A stretch of 64,000 nucleotides of DNA from Candidatus Bathyarchaeia archaeon (GCA_050010755.1 JBEKKK010000001.1:608001-672000), one strand, 5' to 3'. Counted from the first letter of the stretch, positions 40,400 through 50,446 are shown. The notes: generated from the sequence alone by a model not told the origin. Translations and numbers: made by a program.

Positions 40400-41767
40400 T
40401 AGTGTGGAAAGCGTTTTAGAACGTTGCATAAGCTATTGTGTTGTGTCTGCAGTCAGTGCCATGTACATTGAGAGGCTCATCGTTGATCCTTCTGAATTTC
40501 CTGTTTCCTGTAAGCTGAAGTCGATGACGTGGCAGGTTGTGTAGTCCATTCGGATCTGCGCTGTCATGCTGAAGGTCGCACTGTTGCCTTGGCTTGTAAC
40601 TTGAAAGTTGTTTGTGGAAATTTCCAGCTTGAAAGTTTTGTAGGTGCCTGCTTGCACAGTGATGTTTTCGATGTCGGCGACTTTGGTGTTCACCGTTCCA
40701 CTTATGTTCATGGTTGAGTTGCTGAAGTTGATCGGAAACTGGTAGGTTTGGCCTACTTGGATTTCTGATGTGTTGAAGAACATAGGGGTCATTGTGTTGC
40801 CCTGAAGTATTGAATAGGCGTTCTGAAGCTCGGACGGACCGTTAGATGTTCCAACCAATTTCCCAGCTTTGTTCATTATCAGTGTGACTGATGTGTCGAG
40901 TGGGATTCCTTCTGCTTCGAGATGTGTCGGCTCGTTGATGGTGTAGTTTTCACCGTCGAAACCCACAACACTCATGTTCATGTTTCCAGTTTCGGTCACT
41001 TGCTGTCCGTTTTCATTCACTGTGGCAGACAGGCTATAGCTGAGGTTTTCTCCCACGTTGAAGCTGAGGCTGTACGGAATTTTCTCCCCTAATCCTTGGG
41101 GAACCGGGGGTATGGATCCAAGTACGACGGCGATGAGCACGGCCGCAACTGCAACAGCCCCTATGAGCACGTACAACTTCTTTCTAGACTTTCCAACAGG
41201 TTCAATAGGTTCAATCGGCGGTTGCGAAATTGGTTCGGGCTCCACAGTTGGCGGAACATCTGAATCTGAAAAAATATTCCATTGCATCAAACGATTCTTC
41301 CCCCATCGAGGAAGACTCCCAGAGTCGTATTTAATGTTTGCCATTTGGCGGGTTCTGCAGCGTTCGCCTGCAAGAACTGTTTGGCGGCACTATTCCTTTT
41401 CGTCTGAAGACGAGCCAAGGCTTGAGAGAAGAATCCTATGGTAACTCGAAAGAGTCAGGGAAGAAAAATCGTGTTTTTTTTTGGTGGGATGCGTCATGCA
41501 ACAACGAGAAATGCGCACGTATATTATCGGGGAAAGGACTTTGCATGACGCACCTTAATCTTATCTTACGATACGAAAAGATTTAATGTTTATGGAAGCT
41601 AGAGGCATCGTTTGGTATCAAAAACAAATTTGCTTCTTGCTGTTTGTCAAATCCCAAAAAATCAGACTTGGCTGAAGCATTAGAGGAAAATTCAGGACGA
41701 GGACCATGACAAACAAGTTTACTATCAAGCCGAAGTAGCGATTGCCTTGATAGTGTGGAAAGCGTTT
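40400..41767. repeat. 17-bp direct repeat TAGTGTGGAAAGCGTTT flanking an inserted gene
   Basis: Identical copies at 40400-40416 and 41751-41767. Confidence 0.8.
40433..41344 (-). CDS. Membrane-anchored protein with Pro-rich N-terminus and beta-rich ectodomain
   Basis: EPEPISQPPIEP, TM helix, ENITVQAGTYKTFK motif. Confidence 0.75.
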   Translation of the reverse strand: MANIKYDSGSLPRWGKNRLMQWNIFSDSDVPPTVEPEPISQPPIEPIEPVGKSRKKLYVLIGAVAVAAVLIAVVLGSIPPVPQGLGEKIPYSLSFNVGENLSYSLSATVNENGQQVTETGNMNMSVVGFDGENYTINEPTHLEAEGIPLDTSVTLIMNKAGKLVGTSNGPSELQNAYSILQGNTMTPMFFNTSEIQVGQTYQFPINFSNSTMNISGTVNTKVADIENITVQAGTYKTFKLEISTNNFQVTSQGNSATFSMTAQIRMDYTTCHVIDFSLQETGNSEGSTMSLSMYMALTADTTQ

Positions 41768-41793
41768 AAATCTTGTTTTGCCCAGTTTAGCCT

Positions 41794-42045
41794 ATGAAGT
41801 ACCGTCTCAAAATCGAAGTCAGCTTGAAGCCGGGCCAAAGTGACCCTGAGGGCGAGACCACTGCCGGTCTGTTAAAAGAGTTGGGCTACAGGGTTGAAGC
41901 TGTCAATGTGGGAAAAGTCTACACGTTTGTTCTTGATGCCTCCAGCAAGAGGGAGGCTCAGGGTGAGGCTGTGGAGATGTGTAAGAGGCTTTTGGCGAAC
42001 CCGACTAAGGATGATTATGTGATTCGTGTTGAGGAGACGAGATGA
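41794..42045 (+). CDS. purS: FGAM synthase subunit PurS
   Basis: LKPGQSDPEG, VGK, MCKRLLANP. Confidence 0.95.
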   Translation: MKYRLKIEVSLKPGQSDPEGETTAGLLKELGYRVEAVNVGKVYTFVLDASSKREAQGEAVEMCKRLLANPTKDDYVIRVEETR

Positions 42046-44429
42046 CGGCGTCGGCGAGCCTGTTTGTGCGCAGGAAAGCCCGTTTTTCACTTGTTGACGT
42101 GAAGGTTCTTGGGGCGTCTGACGAGCAGCTTCTGGAAATCAGCCGAGAGCTTGGCTTGGCCCTGAGCCTGCACGAGATGAAGATGATCAAGGAGCATTTT
42201 AGCAGGCGGGGAAGAAACCCGACCGATGTGGAGCTGCAGACAATCGGTCAAACGTGGTCTGAGCACTGTTTTCACAAGACTTTCAAGGACAGGATCAGGT
42301 TTGACGGAAAAGTGGTTAACGGTCTTTTCAAAACGTACATTGCGGCTGCGACGAAGAAGATTAAGCCGGACTGGTGCTTCAGCGTTTTTGAGGATAACGC
42401 GGGCATCGTGAACTTTGAAAAGGGCTATGGCGTGGCGGTGAAGGTTGAGACGCATAATCATCCATCGGCTGTTGAGCCCTTCGGCGGTGCGGCAACGGGA
42501 ACTGGCGGCGTCATAAGGGACATCTTGGGCGTGTGGGCAGATCCGATAGCGTGCACTGATGTGCTGGGTTTTGGGCCCTTGGATTTTGAATATGAAAAGC
42601 TGCCGGCCGGTGTTAAGCACCCTCGATACGTGTACATGGGTGTCGTGGCAGGGATAGGAAGCTACGGCAACAACATGGGAATCCCAACCGTGAACGGCGC
42701 GATATACTTCGATGAGAGCTACACTGGCAACGTTGTCGTCTACTGCGGCTGCGTGGGCCTGCTTCCGTTTGACAAGTTCAGGAAGGATGCACAGGCCGGT
42801 GATGCACTTGTGCTCGCGGGTGGAAAGACGGGCAGGGACGGTGTTCACGGCGTGACTTTTGCGTCTGCGGAGCTGACTGAGAAGTCTGAGACGGTTTCTC
42901 GGCCCGCAGTGCAGATTGCGAACCCTGTTGAGGAGGAGAAGTTGAAGAGGGCGATTGTTCAGGTCCGAGACTTGAGGCTAGCCTCGGGCATAACGGATCT
43001 GGGCGGCGGAGGCTTGTCATCGGCCGTTGGCGAGACAGCCAACAAGTACGGTCGCGGAGCAGTAGTTGACCTTGACAAAGTGCCCCTGAAGTATGTGGGG
43101 CTGGCTCCGTGGGAAATTTACGTTTCAGAATCCCAGGAAAGAATGCTGCTAACGGTGCCGCCTGACAACGTTGAAAAGGTTCTCAAAATTTTTGGCGGAG
43201 AGGATGTTGAGGCGACGGTTATCGGGAGACTGATTTCCGGCGGGTTGTTGAGGCTTGATTATTTGGGTGAGAGGGTTGGGGAGGTGGGCATTGCTTTCCT
43301 TTTCAAGCCGCCCAGGATCACGAGGACGGCAGAGTACCGCCCTGCAGGCGATGCAGAGCCGACGTTTCCAGAGCCTAAAGACTTGAACGACGTGTTGATG
43401 CGGGTTTTGGCATCGCCCAATGTTGCGAGCAAGGAGAGTATTGTGAGGAGTTATGATCATGAGGTGAAGGGGCACACGGTGCTTAAGCCGTTGCAGGGCG
43501 AGTTCGGCGGGCCGAACGATGCGGCCGTGTTGAAGCCGCTGGATGATTCTTGGAAGGGCATAGCCATCTCGTGTGGGATGAACCCGAGTTACGGGAGGAT
43601 TGATGCTTACTGGATGGCGGCTTCGGCGATTGATGAGGCCGTGAGAAACAACGTTGCCGTCGGCGGGAGAAGAATTGCGTTGTTGGACAATTTCACGTGG
43701 GGCAATCCCGAGAGGCCTGAACGGTTGGGCAGCTTGGTGCGAGCTTGTAAGGCGTGTTACGACTTTGCCGTTGCGTTTGGGACGCCATTCATATCTGGAA
43801 AAGACAGCTTGTACAACGAGTCGCCACTGGGACCTGTGACGCCGACGCTTCTGATTACGGCTTTAGGATTTGTTCCCGACATTCGTTCAACGGTTTCGAT
43901 GGACGTTAAGGCTCCTGGCGATTCTGTCTACGTTGTGGGCGAAACTCTTCTGGAGTTGGGCGGCTCAGAATATTACAAGCTGAAGGGGTGCATGGGCAAG
44001 TCTGTTCCTAACGTGCGTGGTGCTCAGGCTAGGAAGGCGTTCAGGGCGGTTACTAAGGCTATTGACGGTGGTTTGGTTAAGGCGTGTCATGACTTGTCTG
44101 AGGGCGGTTTGGCCGTGGCTACTGCGGAAATGGCCTTTGCCGGAAGTTACGGTTTGGAGTTGAATTTGCGCAAGATTCCTAGGAAAGGTTTGGAGCGTGA
44201 CGATTTTGTCTTGTTTTCGGAGTCGAACAGCCGGTTTCTTGTGGAGGTTTCTGGGAAGGCTCGGGACGAGTTTGAGGCTTTGATGAAGGGCGTGGTTTGT
44301 GCTGAGGTTGGCAAGGTTACGAGGTCTCCTCGGCTGTGTGTTAAGGGACTAGGTGGCGGAGTGGTTGTTGACGTTTCGTTGGGTGATTTGTTGAAGAGTT
44401 GGAAACGTACGCTGAGTAGTGGGGTGTGA
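42042..44429 (+). CDS. purL: FGAM synthase subunit PurL
   Basis: WSEHCFHK, KVETHNHPS, GAATGTGG, SESQERM, ISGKDS, HDLSEGG. Confidence 0.97.
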   Translation: MTASASLFVRRKARFSLVDVKVLGASDEQLLEISRELGLALSLHEMKMIKEHFSRRGRNPTDVELQTIGQTWSEHCFHKTFKDRIRFDGKVVNGLFKTYIAAATKKIKPDWCFSVFEDNAGIVNFEKGYGVAVKVETHNHPSAVEPFGGAATGTGGVIRDILGVWADPIACTDVLGFGPLDFEYEKLPAGVKHPRYVYMGVVAGIGSYGNNMGIPTVNGAIYFDESYTGNVVVYCGCVGLLPFDKFRKDAQAGDALVLAGGKTGRDGVHGVTFASAELTEKSETVSRPAVQIANPVEEEKLKRAIVQVRDLRLASGITDLGGGGLSSAVGETANKYGRGAVVDLDKVPLKYVGLAPWEIYVSESQERMLLTVPPDNVEKVLKIFGGEDVEATVIGRLISGGLLRLDYLGERVGEVGIAFLFKPPRITRTAEYRPAGDAEPTFPEPKDLNDVLMRVLASPNVASKESIVRSYDHEVKGHTVLKPLQGEFGGPNDAAVLKPLDDSWKGIAISCGMNPSYGRIDAYWMAASAIDEAVRNNVAVGGRRIALLDNFTWGNPERPERLGSLVRACKACYDFAVAFGTPFISGKDSLYNESPLGPVTPTLLITALGFVPDIRSTVSMDVKAPGDSVYVVGETLLELGGSEYYKLKGCMGKSVPNVRGAQARKAFRAVTKAIDGGLVKACHDLSEGGLAVATAEMAFAGSYGLELNLRKIPRKGLERDDFVLFSESNSRFLVEVSGKARDEFEALMKGVVCAEVGKVTRSPRLCVKGLGGGVVVDVSLGDLLKSWKRTLSSGV

Positions 44430-44432
44430 GTT

Positions 44433-45248
44433 GTGAAGCGTGGGGACATTAGGGTTTGTGTTTTGCGTGTGGGTGGGACTAATTGTGATGCGGAGACGAG
44501 GCTTTCGTTCGCGGCGTTGGGTGTGCAGGCTGAGGTTGTGCATGTGAATGAGGTTGTGAAGAGAAAGAGTCTAATGGAGTATGATGTGCTTGTTTTTCCA
44601 GGAGGTTTTTCTTATGGAGATTACGTTCGGGCTGGGGCTATATGGGCGAAGTGGATCCTGGCCAAGCTGGGCAAAGAGTTAAAGGCTTTCGTTGACGAGG
44701 GCCGTCTGATTCTGGGGATCTGTAACGGTTTCCAAGTGCTCGTCGAGACGGGTCTGCTGCCAGGCTTTGAAGGAATGAGCCCCTATCCCGAAGCGGGCTT
44801 GGCAACAAACTTTCCGCCAGGATACAACTGCCGCTGGATAAGCCTAAAACACGAAAACAACGGCAAATGCGCGTTCACCTCACAAATTCCAAAAGGAAAG
44901 GTCCTTCGCGTGCCGGTTGCACACAGCGAAGGCAGGTTCCTATTCCCGAAAGAGAAAGAGAAGCAGTATCTGGAGAAGCTTCGAGAAAATGATCAACTCG
45001 TCTTTCGGTACTGCAACAAAGACGGCGAGTACGCTGAAGACAGTTTCCCTACGAATCCGAACGGCTCTTTCCACGACATAGCAGGCATATGCAACCCCGA
45101 AGGAACAGTGTTCGGGCTGATGCCTCATCCTGAAAGAGCATTCCACTGGTGGCAACAAGCTGACTGGACAAGACACCAGAAGATGCCGGAACACGGCGAC
45201 GGGAAACTGATCTTTGAAAACTTAATTAACTACTTAGAAAAAGTCTAG
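44433..45248 (+). CDS. purQ: FGAM synthase glutaminase subunit PurQ
   Basis: GTNCD, PGGFSYGDY, GICNGFQ, AHSEG, NPNGS, MPHPER. Confidence 0.97.
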   Translation: MKRGDIRVCVLRVGGTNCDAETRLSFAALGVQAEVVHVNEVVKRKSLMEYDVLVFPGGFSYGDYVRAGAIWAKWILAKLGKELKAFVDEGRLILGICNGFQVLVETGLLPGFEGMSPYPEAGLATNFPPGYNCRWISLKHENNGKCAFTSQIPKGKVLRVPVAHSEGRFLFPKEKEKQYLEKLRENDQLVFRYCNKDGEYAEDSFPTNPNGSFHDIAGICNPEGTVFGLMPHPERAFHWWQQADWTRHQKMPEHGDGKLIFENLINYLEKV

Positions 45249-45609
45249 CTTGAAAATTCTTCCAACAGGGATAAAGTGTTATCCCAAACAAACTCGCGTT
45301 ATATTTCGATTGGTCGACTAACTTAGAAAGAGCTCACACCCAATTGCCGAAATACAGAAGCACGATTATGGAGCGCGCGCACTAAGGTTCCAGTCAAGCT
45401 GAAAAGCACGCGCTAAATACACCTACGGCCACAACGGACACAAGCGCGCGTTCTTTGTTTCAAGTTACTTGTCCATGTATGGCTGAAGTAGTTGTGCATG
45501 GACATGCTTGAACTTACACGTCCGTAACGTGTGCATTGAACTCTAATACGGATTTCAAATTCACAAACCAGTTATTCTGGAGATGTAATCATGTTCCTAG
45601 TGACCCGAA

Positions 45610-46029
45610 ATGAGTTTGCCCAAGGAAATTTCGGAACTAAGAGACAGGAGAGCAAATTTAGAGGCTGAAAGGCGCTCGTTAACAGACGAAAAGAAAAAGA
45701 AAAAGGAGAGATTGAAAGCGCTTGAACAAATGATGATAGTTGAACTCGCAAATTGCAACGAGAAAATGCGGCAGGACCTGTCTCAGCTTGACGCCAGTAT
45801 CAATAATCTGGAGAACAGATTAGAGCAGGCCAGACAAGAAGCAGAAAACCAGAATAATGAATTGAACCAGGCAAACGAGGTACACATGCAGACCTGGGCT
45901 GCAGCACTCGAAGAATCACCGATACAAGTGGAAGAGGCCTCAACAGAGACAACTTCCGAGAGTTCTGTTCCGTCATCGGAAAACAAGAATGAAATAACGA
46001 ATCAAGAAAGCCAAAAGAAGAAACGCTAA
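45610..46029 (+). CDS. Coiled-coil hypothetical protein
   Basis: Heptad-rich E/K/L/N sequence. Confidence 0.7.
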   Translation: MSLPKEISELRDRRANLEAERRSLTDEKKKKKERLKALEQMMIVELANCNEKMRQDLSQLDASINNLENRLEQARQEAENQNNELNQANEVHMQTWAAALEESPIQVEEASTETTSESSVPSSENKNEITNQESQKKKR

Positions 46030-46237
46030 TTCTCAGCGCGCACTATGAATGTACAAAACTAAATCTTCTTGCATCGTCGCAGCATCGTTCCGTCGTTTCC
46101 ACAGATTCATTTACTCTCTTGAGTTTGGGGGTAAAGTTTTATCCCAACCCAACCCAAAAAAAGAGAAAAGAAGGAAGGTTGGGACCGCGCGCACTTGCCC
46201 ATTCGAGATTATAGTTCGAGTTTCGAGGACGTCAAAA

Positions 46238-47110
46238 TCAATCGGATACCGTCAGCGCGGTTAGTTGAATTGCCTGAAGTTGCTGTTCCATCCATACTAT
46301 CGTGCTCTGGTCATATGTGACTTGGACTACTGACAAGTTTCCTTCCCACGAGGCCGTATTCACACCCGTCGTGTTCACTCCGTTTATTGTTGTTTCATAG
46401 TCCACCTCTGCGTGAATTACTGCGTGAAAGGTGATTGAAGCGTTTCCTGAACCCTGAAGCATGCCAGACAAATCTTTAGTTTCCATTCCCCAGTTCGCGC
46501 CAGACAAATCCTGAATTTCCATTCCCCCGTTCACCGTAGGTTGCCAGTAACCTGAATTGTTCCACGTGGGCTGGCCTACACTCGAACTTTGGCTCTGGTT
46601 ACCGATTTGAGAGATAGTATACGATTCATTCGAGCAAACATATGTGCCTAAATCAACATTCTGTGTGGCTTCGAGAGTGGTATAAATCGTCGTGTCCAAA
46701 GTTACGGTCATGCTAAATGATCCGTTCAGGGCAAGATCCTCAGCTTTGCACACTATGGTCTGAGGTTGATAGCCAAAGGACGTCATCGACGTCGACGTTA
46801 TGTTAAAGTCTGCTTGACCTGACAATGGAAGACCCGTAGGTATCCCAAATGTTCTCAGAAATACCTGCTCATCAATCCTACCACTGGCGTTTATAAACGT
46901 GAATTCTGGAGACAGCGTAGAGATCACGAGGGCGACAGTGCTGTTTGCGGTGTCATTGTTTCCTTCCGACCATGCGAAAGCAAAGGGCGTTGGAGAAATG
47001 CTTGGCAGTTTCAGATATGGCGTAAACAGGTTGCTTGCCAAGAACAAGGCGAATACGACTAATGCGGCAAGTGAAATAGCGGTTAGAATTTCTTTTCCGT
47101 GTTCCTTCAT
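46238..47110 (-). CDS. Membrane-anchored extracellular protein, paralog of 36038-36856
   Basis: N-terminal TM; WGMETKDLSGMLQG..ITF resembles WAMNITQIQSILAN..IVF. Confidence 0.75.
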   Translation of the reverse strand: MKEHGKEILTAISLAALVVFALFLASNLFTPYLKLPSISPTPFAFAWSEGNNDTANSTVALVISTLSPEFTFINASGRIDEQVFLRTFGIPTGLPLSGQADFNITSTSMTSFGYQPQTIVCKAEDLALNGSFSMTVTLDTTIYTTLEATQNVDLGTYVCSNESYTISQIGNQSQSSSVGQPTWNNSGYWQPTVNGGMEIQDLSGANWGMETKDLSGMLQGSGNASITFHAVIHAEVDYETTINGVNTTGVNTASWEGNLSVVQVTYDQSTIVWMEQQLQAIQLTALTVSD

Positions 47111-47233
47111 ACAAACACCATCATGAATTGCTTCTGGCTATCACTTATTTCTACGCTTTTGAACAGGTGTACTAATTTTTTTGAACACGAATCGCTTAAG
47201 AATATAGAAAGATTCACAGCTTCCTTGATTGGC

Positions 47234-47671
47234 ATGTCGTCAGATGAACAGAGCGATGTTCTCAAAGATTTGACTCTCAAAGTTTATCATCTTCTTCTAA
47301 AAGAAGGCAAACCGTTGAGTATTAGAGCAGTTCAGAGAAAGTTGAACCTTAGCAGCCCCTCACTTGCTTCCTACCATCTGAACAAACTTGAAGATGTTGG
47401 CTTGGTAAGGCAGACACCTAACGGGTACGTGGTTGATAGTGTCTTGTTGGGTGATTTGATTAGGATAAAGAGTATGTTTATTCCCAGATTCGTTTTTTAC
47501 GCTTGCTTCTTCTTCTTTGTGTTAATGGTTGAGTTGACCATTTACAAACCACCGCAGCCGACGACAGAATATGTTTTTCATGTATTGGTCAGTTTGTTAG
47601 CGACCTTGCTCTTCATTCATGAAAGCATCAGAATATGGTCCAGAGAGAGAAAAAATCTCGGTAAAGGTTGA
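47234..47671 (+). CDS. HTH regulator with two C-terminal TM helices, paralog of 35503-35919
   Basis: VYHLLLKEGKPLSIRAVQRKLNLSSPSLASYHLNKL..GLVRQTPNGY. Confidence 0.85.
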   Translation: MSSDEQSDVLKDLTLKVYHLLLKEGKPLSIRAVQRKLNLSSPSLASYHLNKLEDVGLVRQTPNGYVVDSVLLGDLIRIKSMFIPRFVFYACFFFFVLMVELTIYKPPQPTTEYVFHVLVSLLATLLFIHESIRIWSRERKNLGKG

Positions 47672-47753
47672 CATTCATATAGAGCGCGCGCAAGGATGAA
47701 AAGCGCGCGCTAGTATCCATAATAGATCACTAACAAACCGTTTCTCTTTTTTC

Positions 47754-47972
47754 CTAAGACAAGTTTCCAACAGAAATCAACGAATCAAGTTCTTTACTGG
47801 AAACGCCTCTCTTCTGATTCTGATTGTAACTCAAACCTAACTCAAGAAATATAAGGTGAACGAATTTCTCGTATGGAATAGGCCAGTGTTTTTTAGCAAG
47901 TTTGAGAATGTCCTGAATCTTTTTTCTCCGTTGCTCTTCAAATTTCTTGCTCCAATCTTCAAAATCACTCAT
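47754..47972 (-). CDS. Small hypothetical protein, last gene of the MGE operon
   Basis: ATG overlaps the end of the upstream gene; MSDFEDWSKKFEEQRRKK. Confidence 0.6.
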   Translation of the reverse strand: MSDFEDWSKKFEEQRRKKIQDILKLAKKHWPIPYEKFVHLIFLELGLSYNQNQKRGVSSKELDSLISVGNLS

Positions 47973-48606
47973 TGTTTTTAACCTTCCTGAAATTTCTCGA
48001 TTCTTCTTCAAGAAAGTTAAAGACAAAATCCCGATTAGAAAGATACGCTGCAATTTGCTTATCCTGATTGCCGAAACGATAAACTATTTTCGGAGGCTCC
48101 TTCTTTCCCTTGAAGCCAACTCTAAGCGTATATGTGCCTTTAATATTCTGTAGAAGATACCAAGTAATCAGCTTATTGTCTTTCGTAAACAGACACAACC
48201 ATGCAAGAATACTGTTTAACTCTTCATGAGAAACTTGACGGTTGAATACGGTGTGAAAGCTTTTTGTTCTGTATTCATAAGCAATTCTGTCAAGACTTTC
48301 ATCTCTAACCTTGTGCAGTGTCGTGCTTGACTGCAAAATTATGAATCCATCAAGATTATACCTTTCATTCATCAATCTACTGAAAAGTTTAACTTCTGAA
48401 TACGGTCTCTCATCCCAATCAACCTTAACAATATCGTTATTCCAATCGCCTAATACCACGTTTGGAAAAGGATTATAACGCGGAAAACGACTTTCGGGAG
48501 GATGAAGAACTGCAAGTTTTAAGGCAGGTTTAAGCTGTTTTGCTGTTCCTGAAAGCTCCCACCTTTTGCCTTTTCCGTCATGCGAACCATAGACGGACAC
48601 ATGCAA
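47965..48606 (-). CDS. Putative archaeo-eukaryotic primase-like (AEP fold) protein
   Basis: IVKVDWDE (DxD), FIILQSS and KSFHTVF (His motif) in AEP order; ORF may start at 48654. Confidence 0.55.
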   Translation of the reverse strand: MHVSVYGSHDGKGKRWELSGTAKQLKPALKLAVLHPPESRFPRYNPFPNVVLGDWNNDIVKVDWDERPYSEVKLFSRLMNERYNLDGFIILQSSTTLHKVRDESLDRIAYEYRTKSFHTVFNRQVSHEELNSILAWLCLFTKDNKLITWYLLQNIKGTYTLRVGFKGKKEPPKIVYRFGNQDKQIAAYLSNRDFVFNFLEEESRNFRKVKNNE

Positions 48607-48610
48607 TTCT

Positions 48611-49006
48611 TTATTGTGAAATGACTTGTGGGCGAGAATCCCAATCCTCTCCATGTCTTGCTTTGCTCATTTCACGTATTACCCAATCTTTCAGAACATT
48701 GCCTCTTTCCGTTTTCTCTATCTGTTTGTTTTTGCCTTTCCATCTTCCTCGAAGAATAACTCTTTTTGAAAATGTGAATTGTGCTGATGGAGGTCTAGGA
48801 CGGTATCTTATTCTTGTGTATCTTTCAACGTTTGGCCTTGCAGGTTGTCCTTTAAACTCTCGGACGTAACCTAGAAGCTTCTGTCTTCTCATACCGATGT
48901 GTCTAGCTCTTAGCTTTTGTTGAATCCGATTTGCAGACCATCCTTTGCGCGCACAGCTTCTGATAACACGGATTTGTCTTTGCGATACACCTTTAGTTTT
49001 TGTCAA
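48611..49006 (-). CDS. Highly basic HTH-like DNA-binding protein of MGE type
   Basis: IRSCARKGWSANRIQQKLRARHIGMRRQKLLGYVREF; R/K-rich. Confidence 0.65.
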   Translation of the reverse strand: MTKTKGVSQRQIRVIRSCARKGWSANRIQQKLRARHIGMRRQKLLGYVREFKGQPARPNVERYTRIRYRPRPPSAQFTFSKRVILRGRWKGKNKQIEKTERGNVLKDWVIREMSKARHGEDWDSRPQVISQ

Positions 49007-49021
49007 TGTGCTTCACCCACC

Positions 49022-49945
49022 TCATATTGCGTTAAAATCGTAGTTGATGTAACTGAGAAGTTTTATCACCGTATCGACATGGTGTTGTTTTATCTGGGAA
49101 TCTCCCTTGATGATTGCTGTCATTTTGACAAGAGAGATTAACTGATTCATTGAACGGTAAGGTAACGCTTCTGTTCTTTCTCCTAATGGTTCTGCATATC
49201 CTCTAAGCTGTAACAAAAGCTGAGAATCACACTTGATAGGTTGAGGGTTTCGGTTAATGACATATCGAAAATCCTTCAGAGAATCAGGTTTTTGTAACGC
49301 GATATTCTTCAGAATTTGGTCGATTGTTTCTTTACTGTGAACAAAACTGTAAGGAATCAGTCTTGAGAGAAAACCATCTTTCTTCCATCTCTCCGCAAAT
49401 TGACTATAACTTGCAATTGTTGTTGCAGTTATGAGACCTGCTCTTACCAAAAATTTAGGGTGAAACTCTAAACCGTAATCGTCAAGGTTGCCCACTCCGT
49501 CACTTATCATCTGTCGGAATATTGAGATTGTTGTCCCGTATGTTTTTCTTCCATGACTGTGAGTTATCACTTGAAAATCAGGTATTGCAAGAAATCGCTT
49601 TTCTCCTTTCTCAACGCCTTTGAGAAATTCCACAAGAAACTTGGGCGTTATGTCGTCCGTGTATGTTACGAAGTCCAAGTATTTCTTTCTGAGGGTGTGC
49701 ATGGTCATTAAAAGCCGACTTTTACCTGTTCCAGCTTTGCCTAGAATCAAAAGGCTCAATGGATGATAATCTAAAGAGTTGATGGGTATATTTTGAAAGG
49801 CTGATTGAAGAATCAGGTTTATCGTGAACGTGCCCACATGGTCAACTATGTTAAGTGTATCACTCTCAACAGTGGGTAACCCTGATGTGAGGTGTAACCT
49901 CTTTTGAGGCTGATACACCTTTTCCTTTGATTGTATCGCTTTCAT
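49022..49945 (-). CDS. AAA+ ATPase, MCM-like helicase domain of MGE type
   Basis: Walker A LLILGKAGTGKS, Walker B variant LAIPDF, sensor-1 ITATT, Arg finger GFLSRL, sensor-2 PYRS. Confidence 0.72.
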   Translation of the reverse strand: MKAIQSKEKVYQPQKRLHLTSGLPTVESDTLNIVDHVGTFTINLILQSAFQNIPINSLDYHPLSLLILGKAGTGKSRLLMTMHTLRKKYLDFVTYTDDITPKFLVEFLKGVEKGEKRFLAIPDFQVITHSHGRKTYGTTISIFRQMISDGVGNLDDYGLEFHPKFLVRAGLITATTIASYSQFAERWKKDGFLSRLIPYSFVHSKETIDQILKNIALQKPDSLKDFRYVINRNPQPIKCDSQLLLQLRGYAEPLGERTEALPYRSMNQLISLVKMTAIIKGDSQIKQHHVDTVIKLLSYINYDFNAI

Positions 49946-50092
49946 AGAGTTAATACACCTTTCTGTGAATATTGCAGTAGAGGCATAGCCTTTAAAGACT
50001 GTTTTAACACATTGTTAAGTTAGTGAGAAACCTTGAGAATGAACAGGGGACACGAAAAGAAGGTTCATGATGCTCAGGGCGAAAGGTCAAAA

Positions 50093-50446
50093 ATGAAAAA
50101 AATAGACAACCAACAGCGTGTATGGATGTTGATTGGTGAACGTGGAAACTTCACGTTTCCTCAATTGCAGAAGGCCACTGGTCTATGTAGACAGTCTCTT
50201 GCGAAAATTCTAAGAGAATTGGAAAAGAATGGCATGATTGTTAAGGATACGGTTAAGCCTTGGGAAAAATTTGAGCACTTAAAGATTTTTGATGGTTTTC
50301 TGGGCGCTTCGATGCAAGCTTTAATGCAGTCTTCAACGAATGAATTGACAGATACTAGAAGTGCAGTTGAGGCTTGGTTTTTGAGACTTGTTTCGGTCAA
50401 ACCTCAGCATGTTGGTGAAGTTGTTTACAGGATTGCTAAAACGTAA
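50093..50446 (+). CDS. Winged-helix (MarR/ArsR-like) regulator
   Basis: FTFPQLQKATGLCRQSLAKILRELEKNGMIVK; divergent from the ATPase operon. Confidence 0.75.
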   Translation: MKKIDNQQRVWMLIGERGNFTFPQLQKATGLCRQSLAKILRELEKNGMIVKDTVKPWEKFEHLKIFDGFLGASMQALMQSSTNELTDTRSAVEAWFLRLVSVKPQHVGEVVYRIAKT

